NCBI GenBank assembly: GCA_951406725.2
Contig: OX597816.1
Location: 3,844,001 to 3,908,000 of the forward strand
Reading direction: 5' to 3'
DNA length: 64,000 nucleotides
DNA from: Octopus vulgaris
Lineage: Eukaryota
Part shown: positions 12,167 to 25,387 of the stretch, piece after piece
Layout of the letters: the number at the start of each line of letters is the position of its first letter
Numbering within the stretch: the first letter of the stretch is position 1
The notes under the pieces: model-generated
What the model saw: the letters and a program-made list of their open reading frames with translations, nothing else
Database searches by the model: none
What the model was told of the DNA's origin: nothing
Program-made: the position numbers and the translations under genes

Positions 12167-12676
12167 AGTTGTCTAATACTTGCGACACAATGCATTGGGT
12201 TTGGTGTACGTGATTTAGATGACATCAACATCAGGGATAATGAAGCAAACATCGACCTCTTGTCTACGAGGACGAAGATAAGAAAATAGCGTGGATTTTG
12301 TTATTTGATACTTGCATGATACTATGGCGTCCAATTGACGAACGTGCGAATGTAAATTCGTTCTTCCACAAACCATAAAGATTTAGCTATCGAATTATTG
12401 CAGAGCTTCGGCATCTACATTCCACGTGACATAGAAGTAATGCACGCCATTCGTTTACTAACTTCCAAGATTATGTATCATGACAATAACCCTTTTTTAA
12501 CAACGAAGTTATTATCAAATGCTCGTGATGACGCCATCATACATAAATCAAATTACACAAAAAGAAAAAAAAGCTAAAAAAATTCCATGCGTATTTCCTG
12601 ATGTATTCAAACTATGATGTATGTCGAACGAATGAGAAGTGGAGGACGCTTTACATGTTGAGGAGTATAGAGTTTA

Positions 12677-12954
12677 TTTATATTGAAAGTTGATCTCGTG
12701 ATTCGAATTCCGCACCTGATGAGGGCAGAGGTGTGAAACGCGAATCGCAAAGCAAATATACAGTTTAATTAAACTCCCTCTCTTTTTCTCTCCCTCTTTA
12801 TATGTATGTATACATGCATGTATACATGCATATACAGTGAGAGAGAGAGAGGGGGAGTTTATTTAAACTGAATATTGGCTTTGCGGTTCGAGTTTCACAC
12901 TTCTGCCGTCATCAGGTGCACAATTCGAATCACAAGATTAATTTTCAATTTAAA
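12677..12954. repeat. About 280-bp imperfect palindrome with a CTGATGA..GAAAC motif in each arm
   Basis: 12677-12800 is the approximate reverse complement of 12835-12954; centre TATACATGCATGTATA. Confidence 0.85.
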
Positions 12955-13680
12955 GTAAGACATCTGGTTTTGTTCACAGACACACTAAGGATTTTAGTTC
13001 TCTTCCCAAGAACCCAAGTTCAGCCATACTTTGCTCCAGACGGGCTGGTGGTATCCTTTTATTCCAACTGTGATAGGAATGAAGCTGTAAGTGTATCTTG
13101 GCCGTTGGATTTGCAAACCTCTTATCAGTGGTCCATAGATGTCTTCTTGTATTTCTCGAACCATATTCGTGTCCAGAGGGCAGCTGATTTCCACAACAAA
13201 ACCTTTTTTTCTTGGGTCCCACGCAACAATATCTGGTCAGTTATATTTTAACTTCGTGGCTGTTTTAATTTTTATGTTTCACCTATATTTTTTGGGCCCA
13301 TCGCTCCCAATATGGTCAACTTCATCTGTTGGTGTTTTCTTTCTCGCTATCCTGTTCCAAACTGTTCTGGCCACCGCATCACGCCTCATGCGAATATCTG
13401 GAATACATTTTCTCACAGTAGATAATATTGTTGTTGATGTCTTCAGTCTTGACCTTGTAAAGCCCTACATTTGCTGTCTGCCAACGTTTTCTGCCTTTTA
13501 TGCTGCAAGATACATGGTGGCCTTCTCTTGTTTTTGGATTGTATGGATGTAGCCTTCAATGTTGGATGTCATAAACTTGTCAGTACTCCCTGCAAAGCTT
13601 TGGACATCATCACTCCCTTCTATGGCTTGTGCTTTTTCATGCCAAGTACCCATCTATTAACTTCTCAGTAAACTGGTCCC
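12955..13680 (-). pseudogene. RLE-type (R4/NeSL-like) non-LTR retrotransposon 3' fragment
   Basis: Degenerate zinc knuckle CR..KVKTEDINNNIIYC, then RRDAVARTVWNR, then PDIVAWD...VEISCPLDTN...IYGPLIRGLQ...FIPITVG (restriction-like endonuclease). Confidence 0.75.
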
Positions 13681-13857
13681 TTTCGGGATTTGATGACTTT
13701 TTTTTATATTTATACTCGAACGATGGATTCTTGTATCTTCGTTAGAAAGCAGACTACTTTTTTTGAAAGGTTATATTGGGGTATTATTATTATTATTATT
13801 AACATAGATTTCTTTTAGCCTGAAGAGCCAACTTTATATCTGCATTAATTTAAAGAT

Positions 13858-14195
13858 TGTGGCTGTGTGATAAGTAGTTTGGTTACCAACCACATGGTTC
13901 CGGGTTCGGTACCACGGAGTGGCACCTTGGGAAAGTATCTTTTACTATAACCTCGGGCCGACCGAAGCCTTGTGAATAGATTTGGCAGAGGGAAACTGAA
14001 GTCGTATATATGTGTATATGTTTGTGTGTGTGTGTGTTTATCCCCCTACCGTCGCTTGACAACCGATGTTAGTGTGTTTACGTACCCGTAACCTAGCGGA
14101 TTGGCAAAAGAGACCGATAGAATATGTACTTGGCTCGACTAAAGGCTGTGTTCCAGCATGGCCACAGTCAAATGACTGAAGCAGATAAAAGGATA
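13858..14195 (+). mobile_element. SINE family B, internally deleted
   Basis: Matches family B head and tail. Confidence 0.85.
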
Positions 14196-14564
14196 TAAAT
14201 GTGTGTGTATACCCAAACAGTAAAGCAAAATTGAGCAAGCCGATACTTCGAAGTCACTGTCGACCTTTGTTAAAGTTTAAGAAACATGTCCCTTCTAAAA
14301 AGTATTGAATAATCCTTCAGTTTGAGTTTGTGTTCATATGCACACACACACACACACAGACAATTACATTCGTACATGCATACACACACGCAAACATACA
14401 CTCATACATGCATACATACAAACACGGACACACACATAATTACATTCGTACATAACTACATACACACATTCACACACACATATGTATACGAGAGTTTGAA
14501 ATGAAATGGAAGGGAGAAACTGTGTGTGTAGAGCAGGTTGTGAGGATGACAGCAAGAAGCATTC

Positions 14565-14733
14565 ATGCAATCACAGTGGTAGCCATGTGTGTGTGTATAT
14601 ATGTGTATATATATGTATGCAATCACAGTGGTAGCCATGTGTGTATATATGTGTATATGTATGTATGCAATCACAGTGGTAGCCATGTGTGTATGTATGT
14701 GTATATGTATGTATGCAATCACAGTGGCAGCCT
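14565..14733. repeat. Minisatellite, 4 copies of about 47-52 bp
   Basis: ATGCAATCACAGTGGTAGCC followed by a TG/TA-rich spacer, four times. Confidence 0.9.
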
Positions 14734-15078
14734 TGGATGTAGAAATAGAAATTATAAAACCTCCACGATTTGCTGCGGAATTAGTCTGGTGAGGTTTTCA
14801 ATGTATTTGTGTGCTCTGCGCATGCGTATGTCTATGACATTACGGTGTGTGTATGTGTGTGTGTACGTATGTGTATTATAACATGGTGTGTCTATGTTCC
14901 TGTTTATGTTAGTGTGATGCAAGGGTTTGGGTATGTTTTTGATTAAAATGCTGTACGTGGATGTGTATGTGTATGATATGCCGTGTGTGTCTATTAATGT
15001 TACTCTGCTTTATTGCATCCAATGTATGCAATTAGACTCTGTTCATCGACAGAGACACGCACAAAATAAATCATCTAT

Positions 15079-15130
<52 letters not shown>

Positions 15131-15320
15131 GCGTAATTACTGTTGACCGTTACATAACGATTGCATAAATACATTACTCCGTCATTACCAAGCAATGTTG
15201 TTACCAGTTCCACCCCACACCACACCGTAATTATCATTACTATGGCAACGAAATAATGTATTTATTACTAACTAAATTAACATATAAATATTTTATATCC
15301 TTATTATTTGGATCGGAGAA

Positions 15321-15713
15321 GATGGCGAGCTGGCAGAAACGTTAGCACGCCGGGCAAAATGCGTACCCGTATTTCGTCTACCGTTACGTTCTGAGTTCAA
15401 ATTCCGACGAGGTCGACTTTGCTTTGCATCCTTTCGGGGTCGATAAATAAAGTACCAGTTACGCACTGGGGTCGATATAATCGACTTAATCGGTCTGTCT
15501 GTCCTTGTTTGTCCTCTCTTTGTTTAGCCCCTTGTGGGTAGTAAAGAAATAGGTATTTCGTCTGCCGCTACGTTCTGAGTTCAAATTCCGCCGAGGTCGA
15601 CTTTGCTTTTCATCCTTTCTGGGTCGATAAAGTACCATTTGGGTACTGGGGTCGATCTAATCGACTGGTTCCCTCCCCCATAATTTCGGGCCTTGTGCCT
15701 AGAATAGAAAAAG
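15321..15713 (+). mobile_element. SINE family A: head, one 185-bp unit, terminal unit with alternative tail
   Basis: Junction GAAATAGGTATTTC at 15546-15559; ends GGTCGATCTAATCGACTGG..GGGCCTTGTGCCTAGAATAGAAAAAG. Confidence 0.9.
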
Positions 15714-16189
15714 TTTAGAAGGGTGTCAGTGGAGCAGTAGTCAAAGCGTATTACAGTATTTAGTTCCGTATCTTTAGGGTGAGTTCAAATGGTTCTCGGA
15801 TCGAACTACGTTGCATCAATTTGGATGAATATAGTTGTTTATAATCTATAGTTGCGTAAAAGTGTGAGCGTAAGAATTCACAAGAATTAATCGCCAAAAC
15901 ACATATGAACCGGTTGATAAGAATATATAAATTATAAGAGTAGAAATTAATATTATTTATTGATATTAAATAATATCAATTTCAACTAGTGGTCAACATA
16001 CATAAAGATGTCCGAGGACCGTGAATTTTATTTATTTTAGCATACAAGGGATCCAATATAGTGATATCTCATTTCTTTATGTTTAATTATATAAATTATA
16101 ACTGTTTAACGTTTTAAGTCCGATGTGATAAAAGGCGATATATGAAAGGGGAATTTCAATACAGAAACAAGCAAAAGCTGTGTAAATGA

Positions 16190-16625
16190 TGCTTAAGGTT
16201 CACACAATTGTATGTTGTAGGACCATAGATATTTACGAAAAGCGTATTTTACTGAAGTGGAAGCTTTTGAAGTGCAAACATAGAGAAGAATATTAAGAAT
16301 ACCTTGGACAAAACATAAAACTAAGGAAGAATGTTGCAATTAGAAAATACAAAATACAGAAATGAGTTCCGTCTATTAAATAAAGGAATCTGAAGCACTT
16401 TGGTTACACGACAAAAGGAGAAGAAATAAAGAAACTATTAATAGAAGGAAAGATAACTGGCAAAGATTCGAGAGGAAGATCTAGAACAAAATGGTTTGAT
16501 AACACCGGGGACTGAACTAAATTATCACATCGTGAATGTATACAAATGGCAGAGAAAAGTTTCGGATGTAGACTCTTGGTGTTCAATCTGCTGAGAGCAG
16601 ATGACACCCAACACAAAGATGATTA
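16190..16625 (+). pseudogene. RTE-clade LINE 3' fragment
   Basis: Translation EAFEVQT*RRILRIPWTKHK...KLLIEGKITGKDSRGRSRTKWFD...LVFNLLRADDT. Confidence 0.75.
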
Positions 16626-16670
16626 GGAAGAATATCAGCTTATATACTCTTAGTGGTTCATAGCAAAGGT

Positions 16671-17189
16671 TGTTGTTCCTTCTTGAGCCATGCATGGCTC
16701 ATAAGAACCGGTTTCCCGGTTTCATTGGCGTGTAGGTTTCCCACCCGGACAGGACGCCGGTCCATCACAGGTGAGCTGCTAGATGAAGGAGGAAAGAGTG
16801 AGAGAAAGCAGAAGTTCGCCATTAACCTTCTTCTGCTGGAGCCGCGTGGAACTTAGGTGTTTCGTTCATAAACCACACACATCGCTCGGTCTGAGATTCG
16901 AACTTGCGATTCTTCGTTCACGTGTCTGTTGCACTAACCACTAGGCCATGTGCCCCCACTATCAACGGAACAGCTCGCTCGTGAAATTAACGTGTAAGTG
17001 GCTGAGCACTCCACAGACACGTGTACTCTTAACGTAGTTCTCAGGGAGATTCATTTTTGCCAGCTGAGTGAACTGGAGCAACGTGAAATAAGGTGCCTTT
17101 CTCAAAGACAACGCGTCACTAGGAATCGAACTCATGATCGCAAGATCGTGAGCCGAATACCGTAACTACTAAGTCACGCACCTTCCATC
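16671..17189 (-). mobile_element. Dimeric SINE (D-type plus C-related copy) within one TSD
   Basis: Two tRNA-like heads ending at about 16958 and 17187; TSD CATAGCAAAGGT at 16659-16670 and 17190-17201. Confidence 0.75.
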
Positions 17190-19137
17190 CATAGCAAAGG
17201 TACCTTGGATAAATGGCTATGGAGGACAAAACATTTTTTCAATGTTAAACAAGAAGTTTTGTTGTTTCGTATTAGGAGTGTGTACTAAGAAATTTTCGAA
17301 AGCCTGGGTAACCGATACTTGATATGTCAGTAAATCTAAATGCAGATTCTCACTGATCGATGCGAGATTTTTGATTGCCTAGCAACCACTTAGAGAGTTA
17401 AAATTGCTAACTGGAAATTAACAGTACACACCTGGGGTTAATAGAATCACCTGGAGCTTAATAGAACCAACTGCGAATTGACTCATATGAAAATTGCTAG
17501 GAGCCCCCTGGATTTAAGAGCTTTACAGAATCCCCTTTACGTAGTCATAGATGCTAAGAGGTCGAACCTTCTTCTAGCTGAGCATTATAATCATTTGAAG
17601 ATCGAATGTGTAAAGAGTTGATGCTTTGTGTCGGAGGAGGTCATTGAGAAAAACCTTTTCTCTTGTGATCACGGGGCCTTGATTGTTCGAGCAAAAGCCT
17701 GCTTATGTGGACATTAAGCGGAGCAAGAATGCTCTCTCTGAAAATATTTAGGTGAGCCACTGGAATGTGACATCAATGAGCAAGCACCTGGTACTTCCGA
17801 CTGGAGAGGAACTATGAGGAAAAGTCAGAAAAGAAATAATGTGGGGTTAAAGGTGGATGGATCTACAATTGACTTTCATACTAATATATTACGTGATGTT
17901 AAATTATATTCAAGGTTGTTCTTATAAGAATGGTAGTTCTAATAATTAACATTTTCTCTCGTATTGTTATTTCTTGCATATTGCAAAAATGAAAATAACT
18001 CAATTTAAAAAAAAAATCCCGAATGTGAAAATAAAATAAGAAAAATATATAAATATCTAGCGAACGAAGGAAATACTTTCGAAAATTGATAATTACACAG
18101 TGACGAGCCGTGAGCAATGTAGACAAAAAAAGAATCAATAAAACTTTGCTTGTTAAAGAATGTAAGCGAAAGAATCTAGAAATATAAATACAAGAATTAT
18201 TAAGTTGGGCAGGATTATTCTTTTTCAATAATTCTATACCCGCAATAAATTCTAGTTATTTAAATCAGGAAGTTGAAATAAAGAAAAAAACAAAAATAAA
18301 TGAAAGAAAATTTATAAAATATTAAAAATTTGTTTGTTTTGTTTATTTAAATAGATTGCGAAAGTTTGATCATTTGCATAACATTCTGATTATGTTCAAT
18401 GTTCAGTGGATGCTGTTTAGTTTGTCTTCCGATTCCTTTGTTATATTGGAATCCAAGCAATTGGATTCAGGATTATTTCTTCCCTTTTGACAACGCATTC
18501 GATCGGAAGAGGAATAACTTTACCAATCACATAATCGATATAATACTTGCGGTATAAAACAATCTAATAATATTCATAACATGAAGAGCAGCTAGTCGAG
18601 TTCTTTGAGACTATTTCATGTTAATTCTCTGTTCAAGTAAATCTACTTCATCTACATTACTAACGTTATTGAAGAAGGCACGAATACGACACTCCAGTCA
18701 TCCATAAAAAGAAGAAAAAAGAGAAAGTGGCCAAATGGTGGAATCGAAAGAATTTAAGATTTGTGTCCGAACGAGATGAAGAATGAAGTGTTCATTGAGC
18801 TGATCCATAAGCAAGTTGTAGTGACTCCATTTGACTGAGAAAACCTCGGAACACCATAGAAACTTGGTTTTCTCTCTGCCTTTCGAAATGTACGGTAATT
18901 CGTGGCGTGAAAGACGCCAGGACATATCAGATGCACCCCGTTTTCAGAATCAGGCAAAAGAAAAAAAAGGGCAAAGGCTTCAAGTTAAATTGGCTTAACT
19001 TCACATACGAGACCCGAGGTAGCAGTTTGGGACAATTTATGTAAAAATAAAATTCAAAAAGAAACAAAGGTGATTTTAATATCAAATGTGTTAACTTACT
19101 GTGAAAGAGTAAAAGAAAAACGAAATCCAGAATAAGA

Positions 19138-19181
<44 letters not shown>

Positions 19182-20069
19182 AAAGGAGAGAAAAACATGA
19201 AAACAAACTCATTCAGAATCGATTTTTGACAAAACAGGAAACGTCCTTCCGGATTAAATATTACAATTTTTTTTTGTTTTATGTCAGATTTGTGAAAAGT
19301 TTATATTTCTTCATTTTTTCTGTCTCTGACTTTCTCTGGATGTCTCTGACGATTCTCTTTTGCTTTGCGCGTTAAATGCATTCTGGGATAAAAAAAAACG
19401 AGGCATATCGACATCCTTCGAGGTGTAAAAAAATAAGAGACATTAAATGCCATTATAAATGACATAATCGGAGAAGAGGATGAGGAGGAGACCAACAACA
19501 TGAAATAACTACATCATGGGAATTGAAGTCGGCTGCTTATAGAGAATACAAGGAAACTCATTCTCAGACGGTGGAACAGAACTCCTAATGGAACAAATAG
19601 AATTTAATAAAACGGGATTTAATCTCACAGAATGTTTAAACAAAATAGTAAAATGTCTTGGATAATTTTAGCTTCAAACAAAAAGATTTTAATTTAACTT
19701 CCAAGTTCTGAAGATTTTCGACCGATAATTACTGGTATTATAGACAAGTAAGTAGTAATTATTAGGTTTCGGTAACGTTAATACGTGAAATTAGATGGAA
19801 CTAATGAAGAAAATTGGAAGAAAAAAAGAAAAAAAAAAGAAGTGAGGAAATTTGTGGATAAAGTTGAGATGAAATATGTCAGGAACTGTATTTTTCGAAT
19901 AATTAAGTTTCTTCAAGAGGAATCGGATAAAAGTAGAAAAGAAAACAGAAAAAAAACAGAAATGAAAAGAGATTTTATAGAAATGACGGGGAAATATTAA
20001 CAACATGTTGTATTGCAGAATAATTTATGTCATGTCTGGGTGAAAATATGTCAGGACATACGTACGTAC

Positions 20070-20223
20070 GTACATGTTTGTGTATGAATATGTATGCATG
20101 TGTGTGTGTGTGTGTGTATGAATGCGAGTATGTGTGTGTGTATGAATGTATATGTGTGTACGTATGTATGCATGTGTGTGTGTATGTATGTGTGTGTGTA
20201 TGTATGTGTGTATGTGTGTGTGT

Positions 20224-20254
<31 letters not shown>

Positions 20255-20870
20255 CATGTGTGTGTGTGTATGTATGCATGTGTGTGTGTATGTATGCATG
20301 TGTGTGTGTATGTATGCATGTGTGTGTGTATGTATATATGCATGTGTGTTTATGTATGCATGTGTTTGTATGTATGCATGTGTGTATGAGCATGTATGCA
20401 TGAATGTGTGTGTGTGTACGTGAGTGTGTGCGTGTGTATGAATGTGTGCATGTGTGTATGACTATGTGTGTATGAATGTGTTCGTGTGTATGAATGTGTG
20501 TGTGTGTTTATGAATGTGTGTGTGTGTGTGTGTGTGTGTATGAATGTATATGTGTGTATGAATGTATGAGTGTGTGTATGAATGTATGAGTGTGTGTATG
20601 AATGTATGAGTGTGTGTATGAATGTATGAGTGTGTGTATGTGTGTTTCCAAGAGTACTTTGTGTGTGTGTATGCATATGTATGAATGACTGTGCACCTGT
20701 TTGCGTACCCATGTGTGCGGCTCTGTGTACACGTGTGCATGTTTGTAAGCGCGTGTATATCTGTAATCGAGTGTGCATGTATGTATGTATGTATAAATCA
20801 ATGTGTGTAAGTGTGCATGTATGTATGTATGTAGAACTGAATGCGTGTGTTTGTAAGTGTATGTATGAAC
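20070..20870. repeat. (TG)/(TATG)-rich compound microsatellite
   Basis: Direct inspection. Confidence 0.9.
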
Positions 20871-20999
20871 ATTCGAGCAATGTCTGCTGACTTCGTCTCA
20901 GACTAATAAAAGCAGGAAATCAATATGGAATTAAAAGGTGTCAATGACGACAATAAAGAACATTGTTCTTCAAGTGTAAAGCTACATGTATAGATGTAT

Positions 21000-21410
21000 A
21001 GGCGCAGGCATGGTTGTGTGGTTCTGGGTTCAGTCCCACCGCGTAGCACCTTTGGCAAGCGTCCTGGGGCCGACCAAAGCCTTTATGACCCTATGAGTGA
21101 ATTTCGTTGACGGAACAGGCCCAGGCCATGTCTAACTCAATAGCACCACCGGGTGAAGTCTTTTAGTCATATATGGGGCACCAGGGCCCACTCTAGCAAA
21201 GAGTTATTGTTGGAGACATATCCGGGTGTAGGAGGTTGGTCCGGGATTCTTTGAAGAAATTTGTGCAGTGAACTTTTGACCTGTTTTGGTATGGTATCAA
21301 AGAGAGCTGGATCGGTTGAGGTAAAGTAGTTGTGACGTAATGTTATGTGTCCCGAGTTCGATTTTTGTAGTGGGCAGATAGCACGGGGGCCAAATCTTGG
21401 GTGGATTTTA

Positions 21411-21459
<49 letters not shown>

Positions 21460-21698
21460 AAAGATGTGTGTATGTTTGTCACCCATGACTGTTTAACTGG
21501 TGTTGGTGTGTTTACGTCCCCGAAACGCAGCGGTTTTGCAAAAAGAGGACGATAAAGTTAGTTCCAGGTTAAACAATGAAAATAAAAATTTTAAAAAAAC
21601 CCAAAGTGCTAGGTTCGATTGATTTCGCTAAAAATTCTTCAAAGCGGATCTTCCGCATGGCAAAAATCCAAATTCTGAAATAAGTAACAAATAAAAGA
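21000..21698 (+). mobile_element. Diverged SINE family B interrupted by a CR1 fragment
   Basis: Head 21000-21116; tail about 21470-21698. Confidence 0.75.
21117..21410 (-). mobile_element. CR1-like LINE 3' end
   Basis: HNYFTSTDPALFDTIPK..LQRIPDQPPTPGYVSNNNSLLEW matches the 3' end of the LINE at about 47380-47622. Confidence 0.8.
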
Positions 21699-22329
21699 CA
21701 AAAGGGGGAGAAAAATAAAAGAAAAACATGCGTTTTCATTGTTAAGGGGCATAACTCGGGAAGTTCTCATTTTCAGGAAATACAAAAATATATATAGAGA
21801 GAAAATTTCAAGGGAAATAACTCCGCATAACTGAAATAACGGAATGTCGCCTATATATATATATTTTTTGTGTGTCTCAACGATGTATGATCTATCTGGG
21901 GGATAAAGCGAACGCCGTAAAAGTAAGAAGAAATTAAAATCGATATTAAATAAAATGATTTGGTAAATAAATCTATAAATAAACTGTTATTCTTAAAGTG
22001 CAACTCAAACCATAAAAAGGTGCGGTGACTGGATTCTAGAGTCACATTTTAATTGGTCGAAGAAAAGTAACAAGACTTTTCGGATATAATCTAGGAGTGA
22101 GACTCGTCTGGTTTTGTGCATATACGGGCATTAACATAGGAAATTTTTGTATTATGTATGTGCGCATATATATAAGGTATGAGAGGTAATGGTGTCATTG
22201 AGACCCAAAGGTGTCAGGGAATGCTGAATAAATGCTATGGACAGACTATGGTTAAGCTCCAGGTTCGGTAATGATATGAATTAGGAGTCTAACGTAGGTC
22301 GTGTATTAGCATTCCGTTAATTTTATATA

Positions 22330-22492
22330 TGTGCAAGAGTGGCTGTGTGGTTAGTAGTAGCTTGCTTACCAGCCACATGCTTCCGAGTTCAGTCCTTGGG
22401 CAAGTGTCTTCTACTATAGCCTTGGGCCGACCAAAGCCTTGCGAGTGGATTTGGTAGACGGAAACGGAAAGAAGCCCGTCGCATATATATGT

Positions 22493-22529
<37 letters not shown>

Positions 22530-22673
22530 TGCGTTGACAACCGATGGTGACTTGTTTATGTCCTCGTAACAAAAGAGACCGATAAAATAAGTACTAGGCT
22601 TACAAAGAATAAGTCCTGAGGTCGATTTGTTCGACTAAAAGCGGTGCTCCAGCATGGCCACAATCAAATGACA

Positions 22674-22680
<7 letters not shown>
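22330..22680 (+). mobile_element. SINE family B
   Basis: Matches the family B consensus. Confidence 0.85.
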
Positions 22681-22726
<46 letters not shown>

Positions 22727-22728
<2 letters not shown>

Positions 22729-23783
22729 AAGGAGTAAATGGTATTGTTATCCACTCTATAAAGCTCAACCAATTAGCGCTCTAATGGAGCGTCAGGAATA
22801 TAAAATTAAGAAGAAGAGAAGCAAATTCCAGAGGTCGGGGTATATATTCATTCAATCTATTTCAAATTGTCGAAATTCCCCACAATATATATAGATGCGT
22901 TCACATATACGAGACATGATAAAAATTCGTAAGAATATATAAGCATTTATAAAAATCCGAAGATTTATAAATATATGAATGTTCATAAAAGTGTAAACAC
23001 ATAAATATAAAAACATAGATGTACTTACGAGGTTTGAATGTCCGTATTAGAATCAATGAGGAGGGTAGATGAGAAAGTTAGGATGATTCAAGAGGAATCC
23101 TGAATAAATACGAAGTTTTACGGTTGTTTCGGGAAGATAAAGGTTGGTATGGGTGAGCTAACTCCAACCCTAGCAATTATCTATACTTCTCTCATCAGAG
23201 TTAAGGGATTCAAAAAGTCGTTAATGTTTTAAGAAATACGAAAGACCTGAGGATTTTAAAACAAACAAATGTTTAGTCGGACCATACTTTTCAAGCGGAT
23301 GATACAAATTGAATAAAAGTATTTCTTTATTTATATTTTTATTATTTTTGTATATAACTAGAATAAAAGAGACAGGATAAGGTACATTACGACGCTATAT
23401 ATAATGGTATTTTAAGATGAGTCCATAATATGAGGGTGATTAGATTAAAATCCTACAGGTTAATTATTTTGGGGGAAGAATTTAAAAGTTGAAAGATATT
23501 TATGTCCACAGGTAATTATGACATCAGATATCTTATTTGTTGGCCCGGAGTTTGTGGATCGCCTCCTTTGCGCATAAATTGCAATTTTTAGTGTGTGTAT
23601 TATATGGTGTGGTTTCCGTTATGATAGACCAATCTAGACTGCATTCTTTATTGTGCATCTTTAATTTGTATGTACAGATTTATAAATTCTTATGAATTTT
23701 TATCATGTCTCGTATATGTGAACGCATCTTTGTATATTGTGGAGAATTTCGACAATTTGAAATAGATTGAATGAATATATACT
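22727..23783 (-). mobile_element. PLE remnant beside (TA)n with about 100-bp inverted terminal copy
   Basis: 22841-22942 is the reverse complement of 23680-23781; degenerate GIY-YIG-like fragments on the minus strand (CTIKNA, QQIR, FKILP, KEILLFNLYHPLEK). Confidence 0.6.
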
Positions 23784-23819
23784 GTGTGGATTTGGTTGAC
23801 GGAAACTTAAAGAAGCCCG

Positions 23820-23895
<76 letters not shown>

Positions 23896-23972
23896 CTGTG
23901 CTTGTCCCCCTCCCCAACATCCCTTGACAACCGGTGCTGGTGTGTTTACGTCCCCGTGACTTAGCGTTTCGG
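23784..23972 (+). mobile_element. SINE family B internal fragment
   Basis: GTGGATTTGG..GAAGCCCGTC, then (TA)n, then CTTGACAACCGGTGCTGG. Confidence 0.8.
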
Positions 23973-23982
23973 CTATATGTAT

Positions 23983-24090
23983 AGTTGAAATTTACAGGAA
24001 AACAAAATACGAAGACAGGTGTATGAACAATAAGCAAGTGTGTTAGTTTGTCTCTCGGGAAAGTGTGAAAGTCTTTTACGTTTCGTGCCA
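23983..24090 (-). mobile_element. PLE pLTR terminal fragment
   Basis: Homologous to 289-390 (GTTGAAATTTACAG..CGAAGACAGGTGTATGAA..GTTTCG). Confidence 0.65.
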
Positions 24091-24091
24091 A

Positions 24092-24196
<105 letters not shown>

Positions 24197-24534
24197 GTGT
24201 GTGTGAGTGTATGTGTGTGTGTGTGTGAGAGTGTGTGTGTACACACACACACATACAGACTCACAAACACACACACACAGATAATATATATGTTTTTATG
24301 TCTCTCTCTGCAAACACAGGATTTGAAAAAATTATCAATTTAAGGATTCGTGATGAATTTCTGAAGAGAGAGAAATAAATAAATAACTTATCCGAATCTT
24401 GACTAACTCTTCTTTTCATTTTAAATGTACATCCTTTCGAACAATCAACACACACACACGTATGTAAAGATAAAATATGGTAGGTGTGTGTATGTCCCCC
24501 TCTCCCTCTCTCTCTCATATATATATATATATTC

Positions 24535-24667
24535 TCTCTCTTTCTCTTTTGACTGTGGCCATGCTGGAGCACCGCCTGTAGTCGAGCAAATCGACCCCAG
24601 GACTTATTCTTTGTAAGCCCAGTACTTATTCTATCGGTCACTTCTTGCCGAACCGCTAGGTTACGGT
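24535..24667 (-). mobile_element. SINE family B 3' fragment
   Basis: Reverse complement of the family B tail. Confidence 0.85.
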
Positions 24668-24680
24668 CTCTCTCTCTCTG

Positions 24681-24751
<71 letters not shown>

Positions 24752-25387
24752 ATATATATATGTATGTATGTATTTACATGCGTATGTGTGACGTGAAATA
24801 AATAGACACCAAAATACATGGGTAAATTATAGATCGACTGATTGATGAAATATTCTACAATAATGAAAATTCATTTTATTTTTGCCAAATCTTGAATTGT
24901 TTCATCCTCATTCCTGGCTGGTGAATATTCTTACTTACTAATGTGAAAACCATATATAACATACTATACTTCAAGCACAGCATGATGCCTGCTTCTAACC
25001 AATGTATGGAATGGCCCTGTATCAGGGCCGTTTCATATATCAGGGTTGTAAAAGTCGTATCAATATATCGATCCAACGTAAAATCAATTTCCCAATTTTA
25101 TAGTAACATTAAAACATTTATTGGATGCTGCTATCTCTATCTCGTTCATATATGTCTCACGAATTTAAACGCGTTTGTTAAGCATTAATGGTTTTCTATA
25201 AACTGACTAACCTTCGTTAAAATAGAGTTTACTCTGACAACAGAATATCTTTAAAAGTATTGTTGTACGGTGCTGATCATAATTAGGATTAATGTGAAAT
25301 CCGGTTTAAAAACTTATATACCCCTTGACTCGTTTGTTTTGTCGATAATTTAAATGATGATTAGAAAAACTAATCGACACACATCTA

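Noticed and set aside
11380-12289. His/Thr- and Cys/Val-rich ORFs (also near 20025, 49209 and 50825)
   Set aside because: Dinucleotide-repeat artefacts.
14565-14733. CRISPR-like repeat-spacer pattern
   Set aside because: The spacers are near-identical TG/TA microsatellite, the context is eukaryotic and there are no cas genes; it is a minisatellite.
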